Origin: Escherichia coli phage AZ21
Sequence record: LC788708.1
Reading direction: 5' to 3' (one strand)
DNA length: 64,000 nucleotides
Positions 1 to 10,603 of the stretch are shown here, in pieces (position 1 is the first letter of the stretch; each line of letters begins with the position of its first letter). Position numbers and translations under genes: made by a program. The notes under the pieces are model-generated. The model was not told the origin of the DNA, did not search any database, and saw nothing but the letters and a program-made list of their open reading frames with translations.

Positions 1-467
1 TCGTACGTCCTAATGAACCTCTAGGCAAGTCTCTTGGTATGCTTCCTGGTGATCTAGCAGAAAAGCTAGAGCCTTGGTTGGAGCCAATAGCTGATGGTAT
101 GAAATGGGCCATCGGCGATCATGCATATAAAGGATATGTCGAACGTCAGAAAATTAAATTTTTGGCTATCGAACATGCTCGTGGCAGAACTTTCAACAAC
201 TCCTATGTAATTGTCGATGAAGCTCAGAATATTTCCGTTGAGGCAATGATTTGTCTCCTAACTCGTGTAGGACAAGACTGCCGTTTAATTATCTGCGGAG
301 ATATAGCTCAGAAAGACATTAAAGGTGACTCAGGTCTAGCACTCCTTATGGAAGTCTATGAGAAATACGAAAATGCCCCATTCTCAATGATCGAATTGAT
401 TGATAACGTTCGTTCTGTCGAGTCTAAAGCATTCTATGATATTTTTAAAGACATGGGGAAGGTGTAA
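1..467 (+). CDS. phoH: PhoH-like ATPase, C-terminal part (5' end lies outside window)
   Basis: Frame open to window start; Walker B-like VIVDEAQN and PhoH-like C-terminal sequence. Confidence 0.65.
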   Translation, partial: VRPNEPLGKSLGMLPGDLAEKLEPWLEPIADGMKWAIGDHAYKGYVERQKIKFLAIEHARGRTFNNSYVIVDEAQNISVEAMICLLTRVGQDCRLIICGDIAQKDIKGDSGLALLMEVYEKYENAPFSMIELIDNVRSVESKAFYDIFKDMGKV

Positions 468-468
468 T

Positions 469-690
469 ATGGGAAACGTCGTTCATCTGAGCCGTAAAAC
501 TAAAATACATCGTACTTCACTGAGTGCTGCTAATATTATTACACGTAAGGAAGGAGAAGAAAGTCCTAAGACAACCCTAGCGTGGAAAATTGTAACCTCA
601 AATCCAAATAAACCATTCAATTATAACGAGCTGAGCACCTCCATAGATATTCTATTAAAAGAAGTAGCTAGAGCTAAAGTAATTGAATAA
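469..690 (+). CDS. hypothetical small protein
   Basis: ATG after AAGGTG, 73 aa, between phoH-like gene and nrdA. Confidence 0.3.
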   Translation: MGNVVHLSRKTKIHRTSLSAANIITRKEGEESPKTTLAWKIVTSNPNKPFNYNELSTSIDILLKEVARAKVIE

Positions 691-832
691 GCTAAAAAGC
701 TAGACTGGTAATATACAGGGCCTGGGTATGAAAATACTCGGGCCTTTTCTATCAGAAAATTTTATTTGCCTAATGACCAATAATAATGTAGAATATTCCT
801 TAAATCCTGATAACTATAAAAAGGAAAGCCAA

Positions 833-3163
833 ATGAGCCATCGCATTGAAAAAGTAATTAAACGTGACGGTACTGTAGAAGACTTTGCTCCTGAAAAAAT
901 CAATGGTTGGGCAGAGTATGGTTGCAAAACAGTTGATGTAAGTTGGTCAGCCATTACTATGGCTGCTCAAAAAACTCTGCCTAAAGGGGTTGTAGATTCC
1001 GACACTCTGATGGATGCATTAATTAAAGCTGCTGAAAGTCTTATTAAAGATAATCCAGCATATGATGTGCCAGCAAAGGAATTACGTCTTGCGCAAATGC
1101 GTAAACGCCTTTATGATTCCTTCGAACCGCCTTCTCTGCGCTTCTTCCATGACCATATGGTTAGCGTAGGTGCATGGGAAGACATGAGTGCATGGATTAC
1201 CGATGAGCAATTTGAAGCTCTGAATCAGGTTATCGACCATGATCGTGACCGTCTTTTTACTAGTGGTGGGCTGAAGCAGTTCTTTGATAAGTATTCCCGC
1301 CGTAACATAGCCACTGGTGAAATTTATGAAACCCCGCAGTTTGCCTACATGGGTATGGCAATGGCGATGCTTTCTCAACCTAACTGGACAATTCTAGATG
1401 CAATCGACCTCTACAACGCAATGTCACTCCACAAAATCAACGTTCCTACGCCGCCACTGGTTGGTCTGCGCTCTAGTGACCGTGGATTTGCTAGTTGCTG
1501 TCTCGTGGATTCCACTGACACGTTGGATTCAATCGACACCGCCGAGCACATCGTCTTCAAAATGGTCGCAGCCAGAGCGGGAATCGGGTATCATCTTGAA
1601 AGCCGATCAATTGCTGATCCGGTGCGAAATGGGGCATTCCCGCATTCCGGAAAACTGCCATATTATCGACACATTGACCGCTCAGTAAAGGCCAATACTC
1701 AGCAAACTCGTGGTGGTTCTGCTACAGTGTCTTATCCATACTTCGACCCTGAAATCATTCAATTGATGCAGGTTAAGCAACAACGTGCTACAGATGAGAA
1801 TAAAATCGATAAGATGGATTATTCTCTGAGCTTTAACAATCTTTTGTTAAAACGTTATCTTAAAAACGAAGATATTACGCTAATGTCATACTTCTATGCT
1901 CCAGAAGTTCATGAAGCGTTTTATAGTGATGACGAGGCTAAATTTGAAGAAATCTACGTGGCAGCGGAGAAACGTGTGGCATCTCTTACAAAGATCGACC
2001 ACGAAGGAAAAACAGTTCCTGCAGCTCCTAAAGTCTCTGCAAAAGAAATCCTAGATACTTGGCTACGTATCCGAATGGAAACAGGACGTATGTATGCTCA
2101 TCACATCGGGGAATCTAATCGTCACGGTAACTTCCTTGATCCGATCCGTATGACAAACCTTTGTGTTGAAATTACTCAGCCTACACGCCCGTTCCATCAT
2201 ATCACAGAGCTGTATAAGACAAAAGAGCAGCTTGATCAAATGAAGCCGGAGGATATTGGTGAAGTATCTCTGTGTAACTTAGGCGGTGTTGTACTTGGAC
2301 GCATGGAATCTCTGGCTGAGTGGGAAAAAACTTGCTACATCCTTCTGAAATTCGTTGATACAATTATTGAGATTCAGGATTATCCGTTCCCAACTATGGA
2401 ATATACGGCTAAGAAACGTCGTAATGTTGGTATTGGCCTGATGAACGCAGCAGGTGCAATGGCAGCAGAAGGTCTGGCTTACGAAGGTATTGAAGCCCGT
2501 AACTGGATCCACCGTGAGGCTGAAAAACTGTCTTACTTCCTGCATAAAGCCTCTGTACGCCTAGCTAAAGAACAAGGTGCATGTGAGTGGTTTGATCGTA
2601 CTAAACCATCTAAAGGAATTCTGGTAATCGACACGTACAAGAAAACTGTTGATGAACTAGTATCCGTAGGCCTAGAAATGGATTGGGAGTCTCTGCGGGC
2701 AGATATTCTGAAATATGGTATGCGTAACTCTGTTCTAACTGCTCAGATGCCGGGAGAAAGTTCTTCTGTTCTGTTAGGTGTTACTAACTCTATTGAACCA
2801 CCTCGTAAGATTGTATCTATCAAGGGTAGTGCAGTAAATAAAGTAATTGCAATTGCTCCGGGTGCAACCGATTGGGAGACGTTAATGAGCTATAAACTGG
2901 CTTATGATGTAGATCGTATCGAGTGGATCAAGTGGGTAGCAACTATGCAGAAATTCTTCAGTCAGTCTATCAGTACGAATATGTACTATGACTACACCAA
3001 GTTTGAGAATGAAATCATTCCTGGCCCAGTAGTAGTTCGTGATTTCATGACTGCTGTTAAGTATGGGTGGAAAACTTTCTATTATGCTAACTTCAACACC
3101 GCAAATGGTGGAGGTGCTGGAGAAGAAGCAGCCGGTTGTGCATTCGGTGGTTGTACTATTTAA
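833..3163 (+). CDS. nrdA: ribonucleotide reductase class Ia large subunit
   Basis: ATP-cone-like N-terminus (MSHRIEKVIKRDGT) after RBS AAGGAAAG; active-site NLCVEI motif; C-terminal Cys pair CAFGGC; track ORF 728 trimmed to RBS-supported ATG. Confidence 0.9.
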   Translation: MSHRIEKVIKRDGTVEDFAPEKINGWAEYGCKTVDVSWSAITMAAQKTLPKGVVDSDTLMDALIKAAESLIKDNPAYDVPAKELRLAQMRKRLYDSFEPPSLRFFHDHMVSVGAWEDMSAWITDEQFEALNQVIDHDRDRLFTSGGLKQFFDKYSRRNIATGEIYETPQFAYMGMAMAMLSQPNWTILDAIDLYNAMSLHKINVPTPPLVGLRSSDRGFASCCLVDSTDTLDSIDTAEHIVFKMVAARAGIGYHLESRSIADPVRNGAFPHSGKLPYYRHIDRSVKANTQQTRGGSATVSYPYFDPEIIQLMQVKQQRATDENKIDKMDYSLSFNNLLLKRYLKNEDITLMSYFYAPEVHEAFYSDDEAKFEEIYVAAEKRVASLTKIDHEGKTVPAAPKVSAKEILDTWLRIRMETGRMYAHHIGESNRHGNFLDPIRMTNLCVEITQPTRPFHHITELYKTKEQLDQMKPEDIGEVSLCNLGGVVLGRMESLAEWEKTCYILLKFVDTIIEIQDYPFPTMEYTAKKRRNVGIGLMNAAGAMAAEGLAYEGIEARNWIHREAEKLSYFLHKASVRLAKEQGACEWFDRTKPSKGILVIDTYKKTVDELVSVGLEMDWESLRADILKYGMRNSVLTAQMPGESSSVLLGVTNSIEPPRKIVSIKGSAVNKVIAIAPGATDWETLMSYKLAYDVDRIEWIKWVATMQKFFSQSISTNMYYDYTKFENEIIPGPVVVRDFMTAVKYGWKTFYYANFNTANGGGAGEEAAGCAFGGCTI

Positions 3164-3172
3164 TAAAAACAA

Positions 3173-3198
3173 GGAGATCTTCGGGTCTCCTTTTTCTT
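3173..3198 (+). terminator. rho-independent terminator after nrdA
   Basis: GGAGATC-UUCG-GGTCTCC hairpin followed by TTTTT. Confidence 0.7.
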
Positions 3199-3209
3199 TG
3201 AAATTTTAC

Positions 3210-3239
3210 TTGCTAATCGCTACCAGATTTGCTATAATA
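3210..3239 (+). promoter_or_regulatory. sigma70 promoter (T5 early type)
   Basis: TTGCTA-18-TATAAT upstream of nrdB. Confidence 0.6.
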
Positions 3240-3269
3240 TTCCTGAAATAGTGAGAAAGAGGAAAATCA

Positions 3270-4415
3270 ATGACTACTTTACTAAACCTGAATTGGGATC
3301 ATACTAACGCTGACCTTTTCCTGGGAGATTCTCTCGGTATCGCAGATTATGTACGTGTAGCACATCCAGAACTAGAACGTCTGGCACTTCTGCAACGCTC
3401 TCAATTTTGGACTGAAACTGAAATCAGTCTGGAAGCAGATAAGAAACAATGGCCCAATCTCCCTCGTGAAATTCAGGAAATTACACTCCTGAACTTAGCA
3501 TGGCAAACTCAAACTGATTCCTTTATCAGTCGTGCCCCTGAAGCAGCTATTATGCCACTTGTAAGTCGTCCAGAATTGGAAGGTATGCTCAAACAGTGGA
3601 GCTATTTTGAAGACCTGCATAGTCGTGCTTATAGCAATATTATTCGTAATGTGCTGACTGATCCAGCAGAATTTATTGATTCTGTAACCAAAAACCAAGA
3701 AGCATTCGCGCGCATCGCTGATTCTGTTGAACTATTCGATGAACTGTACCAGTTAGGTCAGTATTTCATCGCAGTACGCGATCATCGTGGAGACAATACA
3801 TATCCAGAAACTGAGTTCCCTGAAGTTAAACGTGAAACTCAGGCTAAACTATTGGACGCTTACTTTGCGATCTATGGTCTGGAAGCAATGCAGTTTTACG
3901 CATCCTTTGCATGTACCTTTGCATTAGCAGAGAACGATATTCTGCAAGGTATTGCTAAAAATCTGCAATTAATCGCTAAAGATGAAGCTCTGCACACTCA
4001 GATGTCCAAAGCAATCATCCAGATTATGTTTCAGCAATTTGACAAAGATCTGGTAGATGAGGCAGTAGCTAAAGCACCAGCACAGCTCCTGAAAACTCTG
4101 AAAACTGAAATTGAATGGGGTCATTTCATTTTCAAAGGTCGTAGTCTGATTGGCTTGAATGCAGAACTTCTAGAAGAATATCTGTACTTTGTGGGGCGCA
4201 ATGCATTTATGCACATCGGTGTAGAATGGCCTAGTCACTTACCAGTAATCACCAAAAACCCTATTCCGTGGATCATGAACTGGTTGGATACTACTTCTCT
4301 ACAGCCTGCTCCGCAAGAAATCCAGATTGGTGCAGCTTACCGTGTAGGTCAGGTAACTGAGACCTCTACTGATACTCTGAAAGATCTGGGTAATGAATTT
4401 GGAGATTTCTTATGA
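3270..4415 (+). CDS. nrdB: ribonucleotide reductase small subunit
   Basis: 381 aa directly after nrdA with RBS; length and helical di-iron-type sequence consistent with NrdB. Confidence 0.8.
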   Translation: MTTLLNLNWDHTNADLFLGDSLGIADYVRVAHPELERLALLQRSQFWTETEISLEADKKQWPNLPREIQEITLLNLAWQTQTDSFISRAPEAAIMPLVSRPELEGMLKQWSYFEDLHSRAYSNIIRNVLTDPAEFIDSVTKNQEAFARIADSVELFDELYQLGQYFIAVRDHRGDNTYPETEFPEVKRETQAKLLDAYFAIYGLEAMQFYASFACTFALAENDILQGIAKNLQLIAKDEALHTQMSKAIIQIMFQQFDKDLVDEAVAKAPAQLLKTLKTEIEWGHFIFKGRSLIGLNAELLEEYLYFVGRNAFMHIGVEWPSHLPVITKNPIPWIMNWLDTTSLQPAPQEIQIGAAYRVGQVTETSTDTLKDLGNEFGDFL

Positions 4416-4945
4416 TTACAGCAATGTATGCAGTTGGGCCGAATGGGGAGTTCGGCCTCCGCGGTAAACTTCCATGGGGTTCCTTCAAAGAAGAACTAGA
4501 TGCTTTCTATTCTCAACTGGACGTATTAAATCCAGATAACATCATCATTGGTGCGGGTACTTATTTAGCTCTTCCATACGCCGTTAGAGAACGTATGATT
4601 AGGGCTTCTGACCTATTTATTCGTGTTGATCGTCCACTGCCAGACGATATTACGCATGATATTTACACTCCAATTTCTAAGATTGGGGATACATTACCTA
4701 CGTTTCTGAAAGATCAGCAGACAGTGGTTTTAGGTGGCGCAACATTATTGTACGAAATGTATATTCATGGACATATTGAGAGTGCTTTTGTATCCACAAT
4801 CTTTAGTAGTCAAAAACTAGAGGCAGATGTACATCTGGATAATATGATTCTAGATTACAACTATGAATCTACTCGTTTAGTTTACGCAACTGGCGCAAAC
4901 AGTGATAACAGCCTGCGATTTGTACAGGAATTGGTTACTTATTAA
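4412..4945 (+). CDS. frd: dihydrofolate reductase
   Basis: 177 aa; N-terminal GxxxxLPW and central GGATL pattern like FolA; start overlaps nrdB stop. Confidence 0.65.
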   Translation: MITAMYAVGPNGEFGLRGKLPWGSFKEELDAFYSQLDVLNPDNIIIGAGTYLALPYAVRERMIRASDLFIRVDRPLPDDITHDIYTPISKIGDTLPTFLKDQQTVVLGGATLLYEMYIHGHIESAFVSTIFSSQKLEADVHLDNMILDYNYESTRLVYATGANSDNSLRFVQELVTY

Positions 4946-5799
4946 TGGATCAGTATATCGAAGTTGGAAAACGCATTCTATCAGATGGTCAGTGGGTAAC
5001 GAATCCTAGAACAGGGGTTCGTTGCCTCACTATTATTGATGCAGACTTTACTTTTAACGTAGGTGCAGGGGAATTTCCCCTTATTACTACTCGTAAGGCG
5101 TTTGCAAAACAAGCAATAATGGAAATGATTGGGTATCTACGTGGATATGACTCAGCAGCACAATTCCGTGCTATTGGTGTTAACACATGGAATGCTAATG
5201 CAAATGAAAACTCAGCTTGGCTAGACAATCCATACCGTAAAGGTGAGGATGATATGGGACGAGTCTATGGTGTTCAAGGACGTCAGTGGACTAATTCCGA
5301 TGGTCTTATGTTTGACCAACTAGCCAAGATTTATCATAATCTGAAAAGGGGCATTGATGATCGTGGGGAAATTCTAACCTTCTGGAATCCGGGAGAGTTC
5401 TCAAAGGGTTGCTTACGTCCATGTATGCACACTCATCAGTTCTCTATTTTGGGAGATACATTATACCTGAACTCTTTCCAGAGATCTAATGACTTCCTGT
5501 TAGGCCAAGTATTTAACATGGTTCAGTGCTATACGCTTCTAGCATTAATGGCTCAGATTACAGGCCTTAAACCAGGAATTGCACGCCAGAAGATTATCAA
5601 TCTTCATATCTATGAGGATCAGTATAATGTTTTGATGGAGCATAAGCAATTCGATCGTAAACCTTTTGCACCTCCTACTCTAGAAATTAATCCAAATATC
5701 CGAACTCTGGAGGATGTATTGACCTGGGTAAATAAGGATGATTTTACTGTTCGTGGTTACGAACACCACCCTGCTATTGCATACCCCTTTACGGTATAA
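4945..5799 (+). CDS. thyA: thymidylate synthase
   Basis: FWNPGEF and catalytic [10 protein letters not shown] motifs. Confidence 0.9.
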   Translation: MDQYIEVGKRILSDGQWVTNPRTGVRCLTIIDADFTFNVGAGEFPLITTRKAFAKQAIMEMIGYLRGYDSAAQFRAIGVNTWNANANENSAWLDNPYRKGEDDMGRVYGVQGRQWTNSDGLMFDQLAKIYHNLKRGIDDRGEILTFWNPGEFSKGCLRPCMHTHQFSILGDTLYLNSFQRSNDFLLGQVFNMVQCYTLLALMAQITGLKPGIARQKIINLHIYEDQYNVLMEHKQFDRKPFAPPTLEINPNIRTLEDVLTWVNKDDFTVRGYEHHPAIAYPFTV

Positions 5800-5802
5800 T
5801 AT

Positions 5803-6156
5803 ATGTTGACAATACTATTATTTGTTATATTCTTCCTGAAACATTTTATGGCTGATTATCCCCTCCAAACTCCATACATGTTAAGGAAGACCCACAAAAT
5901 AGGGTGGAAACTTCCATTACTAACCCATTCTCTAGTACATGCTGGACTAACCTTTATAATTCTTACTATGTTCACATCACTAGGAATGGCTATAACTTTA
6001 GCTATAATGGAATTAATTCTACACTTTATCATAGATTACTGGAAAGCACAATGCTGTAAATACGATATAAGTGATTCCAGGTTTTGGATAGCTTTAGGAT
6101 TTGATCAGTTACTCCATTACTTAACCTATGCTCTCATAATTTTAATTATAATTTAG
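5803..6156 (+). CDS. hypothetical membrane protein
   Basis: 117 aa, several hydrophobic helices. Confidence 0.4.
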   Translation: MLTILLFVIFFLKHFMADYPLQTPYMLRKTHKIGWKLPLLTHSLVHAGLTFIILTMFTSLGMAITLAIMELILHFIIDYWKAQCCKYDISDSRFWIALGFDQLLHYLTYALIILIII

Positions 6157-6159
6157 CTC

Positions 6160-6190
6160 AAATAGCCCTTCGGGGCTATTATATTTAAAT
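6160..6190 (+). terminator. terminator-like hairpin
   Basis: ATAGCCC-TTCG-GGGCTAT hairpin then AT-rich run. Confidence 0.55.
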
Positions 6191-6250
6191 TTCATTTGCT
6201 TATTTAGTGAAATTTAAATATAATATATTTTATAAATTGGAGGTACACAT

Positions 6251-6508
6251 ATGGGACTCTTTAGAAAGAAAGTTTATTTAACAGAAGAGCAAGAACACAA
6301 ACTTCTTACTCTATCAGAATACTATCATTTACCATATGATTATTTTGTAGATAGAGCAATAGAGGAATTCTTAGATAGAGAATTAGAGGCTATAAAACCT
6401 AAGCCTCCTGAGCCGTCTTTAGCATCAAAGGGTCACCAAAGAGAATCCCCAAGAGTTCCGCCAATGCCCCCAATTCCACCAAAAACTAGAGTTGTAACAG
6501 AGTTGTAA
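6251..6508 (+). CDS. hypothetical protein, proline-rich C-terminus
   Basis: RBS GGAGG then ATG. Confidence 0.4.
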   Translation: MGLFRKKVYLTEEQEHKLLTLSEYYHLPYDYFVDRAIEEFLDRELEAIKPKPPEPSLASKGHQRESPRVPPMPPIPPKTRVVTEL

Positions 6509-6524
6509 TAGAAGGTAAAAAATA

Positions 6525-7004
6525 ATGTCGGTTTTCCACATTTACACAGATGGTGCTTGTAAGTCTAACCCAGGTCCAGGTGCTTGGGGTTTTATTGTCT
6601 ATAATGATAACGACGATCGTTTAGGTTCTAAATCTGGTTATAATCCTAAAACTACAAATAATGAGATGGAACTCACAGCTATTGTAGAAGCTCTACGTTG
6701 GTCTGTTAAAAAAGATAATAGACCAATTGCTATCTATACTGACTCTGCTTATTGCAAAAATGGCATGGAAAGCTGGATGTTTTCTTGGCAAAGGAAAGGC
6801 TGGAAGAAAGCAGATGGTGAAGTTCCTCTTAATCTAGAACTTTGGCAGGAAGCATTTAAATTAACACAGCAGTATATCAACTTTCATAATACTAATCCTA
6901 CCTTTATTAAGGTTAAAGGACATTCTGGTATTAGTGGTAATGAAGCTGTAGACGCCTTATGTAATACAGTTATTACTGAAGCTGAAATGGCTGAGATGTT
7001 ATAA
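6525..7004 (+). CDS. rnh: ribonuclease H
   Basis: RNase HI motifs: IYTDGAC, EMELTAI, YTDSAY, GHSGISGNEAVDAL. Confidence 0.8.
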   Translation: MSVFHIYTDGACKSNPGPGAWGFIVYNDNDDRLGSKSGYNPKTTNNEMELTAIVEALRWSVKKDNRPIAIYTDSAYCKNGMESWMFSWQRKGWKKADGEVPLNLELWQEAFKLTQQYINFHNTNPTFIKVKGHSGISGNEAVDALCNTVITEAEMAEML

Positions 7005-7021
7005 ATAAATTAAAAATTTTC

Positions 7022-7050
7022 TTGCTTAAAGCCCTCTAATTTAGTATAAT
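7022..7050 (+). promoter_or_regulatory. sigma70 promoter (T5 early type)
   Basis: TTGCTT-17-TATAAT. Confidence 0.6.
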
Positions 7051-7077
7051 ATTCGTATTGAAAGTGAGGAGGGATTT

Positions 7078-7356
7078 ATGCGAATTTATAACTCAAATTC
7101 ATTAGGATTTAAACCATTGAGAAAACGTGCACAATCACCTCGTCAAATAAGAAAGGCTAATATTGGTGAGCCAGAGACACGCCTTCCACCTCCTCCAGAA
7201 CAACGTTTAGTTTATCTGGACGAAGAATTAGCTGAACGCGAAAGAAAAGCTCAAGAAGAGATTGAGCGTAAGAAAATGTGTACTGCTCCAGCGTATAATA
7301 AAGGGGCGTATCAATACGTCTCAGATGCCGAACAAGCTAAGATGGTTGGTAGATAA
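7078..7356 (+). CDS. hypothetical protein
   Basis: RBS GAGGAGGG then ATG. Confidence 0.4.
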   Translation: MRIYNSNSLGFKPLRKRAQSPRQIRKANIGEPETRLPPPPEQRLVYLDEELAERERKAQEEIERKKMCTAPAYNKGAYQYVSDAEQAKMVGR

Positions 7357-7372
7357 TTTTTAAAAAATTCAT

Positions 7373-7401
7373 TTGCTAAACGCTTCAAATTCTCGTATAA
7401 T
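7373..7401 (+). promoter_or_regulatory. sigma70 promoter (T5 early type)
   Basis: TTGCTA-17-TATAAT then CATAAATTGAT leader. Confidence 0.65.
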
Positions 7402-7439
7402 ATACTTCATAAATTGATAAACAAAAAGGAAAACAAATA

Positions 7440-7955
7440 ATGGCTAAGCAGAAAAACGCAAAAACTCAAGCAGCTCCGGCAGTTAAAACTTTCCCGAAGA
7501 CTGAGGCTAATCGCAAAGCTCGGCTGGAACGTCACCTGCGTAAGCATCCTACAGATGCTCAGGCTGCGCAAGCACTGAATAATCCGGCTCCGATTCGTCA
7601 GAAGCCTAAAGCTAAAAATGCCACCCGTAAATCCTACAAAATGGTTATGTATGTAGAAAATTACGGCCACAAATCTGTCCCAGTTTCCCTGAGCTTTAAC
7701 GCTGGGGCTGAATTGTTCTCTCGTAATGGTATGTCTATGAAAGACTATGAGAAGGCAGTTAACCAGAAGCGTAAACCAACAGCAGATGTATTGCGCGATA
7801 CTCGTGGACAGTTTGGTTCTGTTAAGCCAAGTATCTTTGGCGTAGAGTATAGTAAAGATAATGTTCGTGCTCTGTGTTACGGTGTAGGTATTAAGTTCAC
7901 GGGTGATTCTGCTCGTAAATCTGCTAAACCAGCTCGCAAGCGTAAAGCGAAGTAA
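7440..7955 (+). CDS. hypothetical basic (K/R-rich) protein
   Basis: 171 aa, lysine/arginine-rich termini. Confidence 0.45.
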   Translation: MAKQKNAKTQAAPAVKTFPKTEANRKARLERHLRKHPTDAQAAQALNNPAPIRQKPKAKNATRKSYKMVMYVENYGHKSVPVSLSFNAGAELFSRNGMSMKDYEKAVNQKRKPTADVLRDTRGQFGSVKPSIFGVEYSKDNVRALCYGVGIKFTGDSARKSAKPARKRKAK

Positions 7956-8019
7956 TAGATAAATAGGGGCGAAAGCCCCTACAATCGACTAATTCTCTAA
8001 CTAATCAAGGATATTTTTT

Positions 8020-8235
8020 ATGTTCTCTAAGAAACCACGTTCTGTTACTGAAATCGTTGCTTCCTTTACCACTATCACTGATGAGCTTCAAGCTCGTATT
8101 GAGGCTGATCAAAAAATCGCTGCTGATATTCAGAAACAGCAGGAAGAACTCGCTTTAAAGTTGGCTGAAACCAACAAGAGTGAAAAATCTGCCCAAACTA
8201 TTATGGAAAATATCCTTAAACTGCTGGGCAAGTGA
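8020..8235 (+). CDS. hypothetical protein
   Basis: RBS AAGGA then ATG. Confidence 0.35.
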   Translation: MFSKKPRSVTEIVASFTTITDELQARIEADQKIAADIQKQQEELALKLAETNKSEKSAQTIMENILKLLGK

Positions 8236-8279
8236 TTTAAATCAGGGGGGGGCGAAAGCCCCTCTTATTTGGAGAAACT

Positions 8280-8516
8280 ATGCGTAATTTTGTAGCAAAG
8301 AATGATTTTAACCGTGCTAGCACTCATAAGTCCGCTAGAGATTATACACGACTTTCTAGTCATGAGGTAATGGATACCTGTTATGAAGAGCTGGAAGGTA
8401 GCTGGAATGAGTGTCCCGACTTCTCTATGGAAGAGAACTGGGATGTCAGTGAGGATATGCTTCCTGGTTTTAAAGACCCCAAGAAGTGGGAGTCTATTAA
8501 AGAGACAGCTCTTTAA
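8280..8516 (+). CDS. hypothetical acidic protein
   Basis: RBS GGAGAAA then ATG. Confidence 0.35.
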   Translation: MRNFVAKNDFNRASTHKSARDYTRLSSHEVMDTCYEELEGSWNECPDFSMEENWDVSEDMLPGFKDPKKWESIKETAL

Positions 8517-8544
8517 TAGTTTTCTACACAATAAAGGATAAGTT

Positions 8545-9246
8545 ATGAAAGTAAAACCATTTGGTATGCTAGATATTGAATCTCTAGGAACTCCAGGAGA
8601 TTGTGGTACTACCCATATCGCAATGCCTTCATTCGCTTTTGTGGCTATGCATGGAATTGATAAAGACCCTGATCTAGTATTTGTTACTTTAGATGTACAA
8701 GATCAACTTAATTCTGGTGCCAAAGTTACAGCATCTACTCTAGCATTCTGGATGGATCAGGCTAAACATAGCCCGTCTGCTATCCACATTATGGAAGCTA
8801 TGAATGAGCGTAATCCAAAACTGGTTGCCTTCCAAAATGGTAAACATCATTGCACTAATAAACTTGGCTCTAACCATGCTGCCTTCTCTATGGCTCAAAA
8901 TATTATGGAGTTGGCTCTAGGCGAAAATGCTTTGTATTATGGCAATGGCCCAGAGTTTGATATGACTATCTACTCTGCAAACACTTTCCATGCTGGAACC
9001 AATGAAGAAATAGTTCCGTGGAAATTCTGGAACTTGGGTAATGTTAGATCTCTTCGTAATCTCTGGATGCAAACTGGCTATAGTTATAAAGCTCTAGAAA
9101 CCGAAGGTATTAGCTGGGCAATAGCTAAAATGGAGAAGATGGACACCATTCGTTATGGGATCTATCCGGTTAAGCACGACCCAGCATTCGATGCCCTAGT
9201 TGAGAGCTATTGTGTTGCAGCTATGATCGAAAAAATGAAAATTTGA
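8545..9246 (+). CDS. putative DEDDh-type 3'-5' exonuclease
   Basis: Exo I-like LDIESLG near N-terminus and Exo III-like YPVKHDPAFDA near C-terminus. Confidence 0.5.
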   Translation: MKVKPFGMLDIESLGTPGDCGTTHIAMPSFAFVAMHGIDKDPDLVFVTLDVQDQLNSGAKVTASTLAFWMDQAKHSPSAIHIMEAMNERNPKLVAFQNGKHHCTNKLGSNHAAFSMAQNIMELALGENALYYGNGPEFDMTIYSANTFHAGTNEEIVPWKFWNLGNVRSLRNLWMQTGYSYKALETEGISWAIAKMEKMDTIRYGIYPVKHDPAFDALVESYCVAAMIEKMKI

Positions 9247-9247
9247 T

Positions 9248-9276
9248 TTGCTTCCGGCTCCAAAATTCTGTATAAT
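9248..9276 (+). promoter_or_regulatory. sigma70 promoter (T5 early type)
   Basis: TTGCTT-17-TATAAT then CATAAATTTGAG leader. Confidence 0.65.
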
Positions 9277-9316
9277 ATATTCATAAATTTGAGAAAACAA
9301 TAAAAGGAAAACAAAT

Positions 9317-9499
9317 ATGCCAGTATCTAAAAATGTTCGTAAAAATGGTAAGAAAGCTACTCGTAATCTGGGTATCCGTCGTATGGCTGAACGTCAATCA
9401 GGTATCCAGAAAATCTTTGATCTGCTAAATCGTGCTAATCCTAAAATTGATAACAGTAACGATACTGTTCTGCGCACCCTGCTGGCAATTGGTCTGTAA
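9317..9499 (+). CDS. hypothetical basic small protein
   Basis: 60 aa. Confidence 0.35.
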   Translation: MPVSKNVRKNGKKATRNLGIRRMAERQSGIQKIFDLLNRANPKIDNSNDTVLRTLLAIGL

Positions 9500-9552
9500 T
9501 AGACCAAATTTAAACAAATTCAAATCTCAAACTTCATATAAGGAAGCAAATA

Positions 9553-10191
9553 ATGACTACTCGTATCTCTAAAACTCGCGCTCTGGCAACTATCAAATCT
9601 CTGGAAGCTAAAATCCGTAAAGCTACTGAACAACAGCTTCTGATCGCTGTTGGTGAAGGTAAGGATAAAAACCAGGTTGTAGTTGGCGCTGCAATCGAAG
9701 TAGATGCCCTGTCTACTCGTATTAAAACTGATTTCCAATCTCTGCTGGATATGATGTCTCAGCGTGATCGTATTAAATCTGCTCTGATTAAGAGCAATGC
9801 AGAAACAATCGTTGAGATTGGTTCTCGTAAGATGACTGTTGCGGAAGCAATTGAAGCTAAGCGTTCTATGGAGCTTAAAGCTCAGCTGCTGGCTAACATG
9901 CGTAAGCAGTTCCATGCCGCTACGATTAAGTTTAATACGCAGAAAGCACAGTTTGATGCTAAATATGAGCGTTTGCAGGATAGCATGGCTACCCGCGATA
10001 AGAAAACTTCCGAAGATGAAGTTAAAATGCAGCTCAATCTGCTGGAACTCAAGAATACTCCATTCTTGATTGATCCGCTGGAACTGGAGAAGCTGATTAA
10101 GCAGCATGACGAGGAATACCAGGACTTTGCAACAAATGTTGACTTTGTTCTATCCGAGTCTAACGCCTCTACCTTCATTGAAGTAGAGTAA
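9553..10191 (+). CDS. hypothetical coiled-coil protein
   Basis: RBS AAGGAAG then ATG; 212 aa. Confidence 0.45.
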   Translation: MTTRISKTRALATIKSLEAKIRKATEQQLLIAVGEGKDKNQVVVGAAIEVDALSTRIKTDFQSLLDMMSQRDRIKSALIKSNAETIVEIGSRKMTVAEAIEAKRSMELKAQLLANMRKQFHAATIKFNTQKAQFDAKYERLQDSMATRDKKTSEDEVKMQLNLLELKNTPFLIDPLELEKLIKQHDEEYQDFATNVDFVLSESNASTFIEVE

Positions 10192-10574
10192 TAATTTAAA
10201 AGCTAGTAAATCGGTAGACGAAAGCCCAAGCATCTTACCTCGCAGCAGCGGTTGAAATACGAGGTTAAATAAGACCGCTGACCATACTATAAAGTATAAT
10301 CTATTGGAGATTATGTTTATTACACCAGCCTCTTAAGCTGACACGTAAGAACAAAGCGTCGTTGATATTACCGACACAACTTCAAAGATCAACATTTAAG
10401 TATGAAAGCTGAAAAGTTTAAAGAACTCAAACTTCTAAACTTCTAAAGCTAAAAGATGCAAAGTATTCGTTGATGATTCAAACCCTAGATCAAAGGTACA
10501 TGGCTCATAAGATATGGCCTGTGGCGCCTCTAGGCTGTTTATCGGTTTACTAGTTTCACAATTTAAAAATGTAT

Positions 10575-10603
10575 TTGCTAATTTACTAAGTTATCTGTAT
10601 AAT
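10575..10603 (+). promoter_or_regulatory. sigma70 promoter (T5 early type)
   Basis: TTGCTA-17-TATAAT then AAATTGATGAAACGAGG leader. Confidence 0.65.

Noticed and set aside
728-832. Upstream extension of nrdA from the track start at 728
   Set aside because: A strong RBS (AAGGAAAG) precedes the ATG at 833 and the ATP-cone sequence starts there; the extension has no RBS.
1082-3172. Minus-strand ORFs 1082-1378, 2279-2545 and 2882-3172
   Set aside because: They lie entirely within the strongly supported nrdA reading frame on the opposite strand and have no RBS.
3063-3251. 62 aa ORF across the nrdA terminator and nrdB promoter
   Set aside because: It spans a terminator hairpin and a promoter and has no RBS.
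9520-10178. Minus-strand ORFs 9520-10107 and 9882-10178, and plus-strand 9839-10069
   Set aside because: They overlap the RBS-supported plus-strand gene 9553-10191 and have no start signals; likely shadow ORFs.
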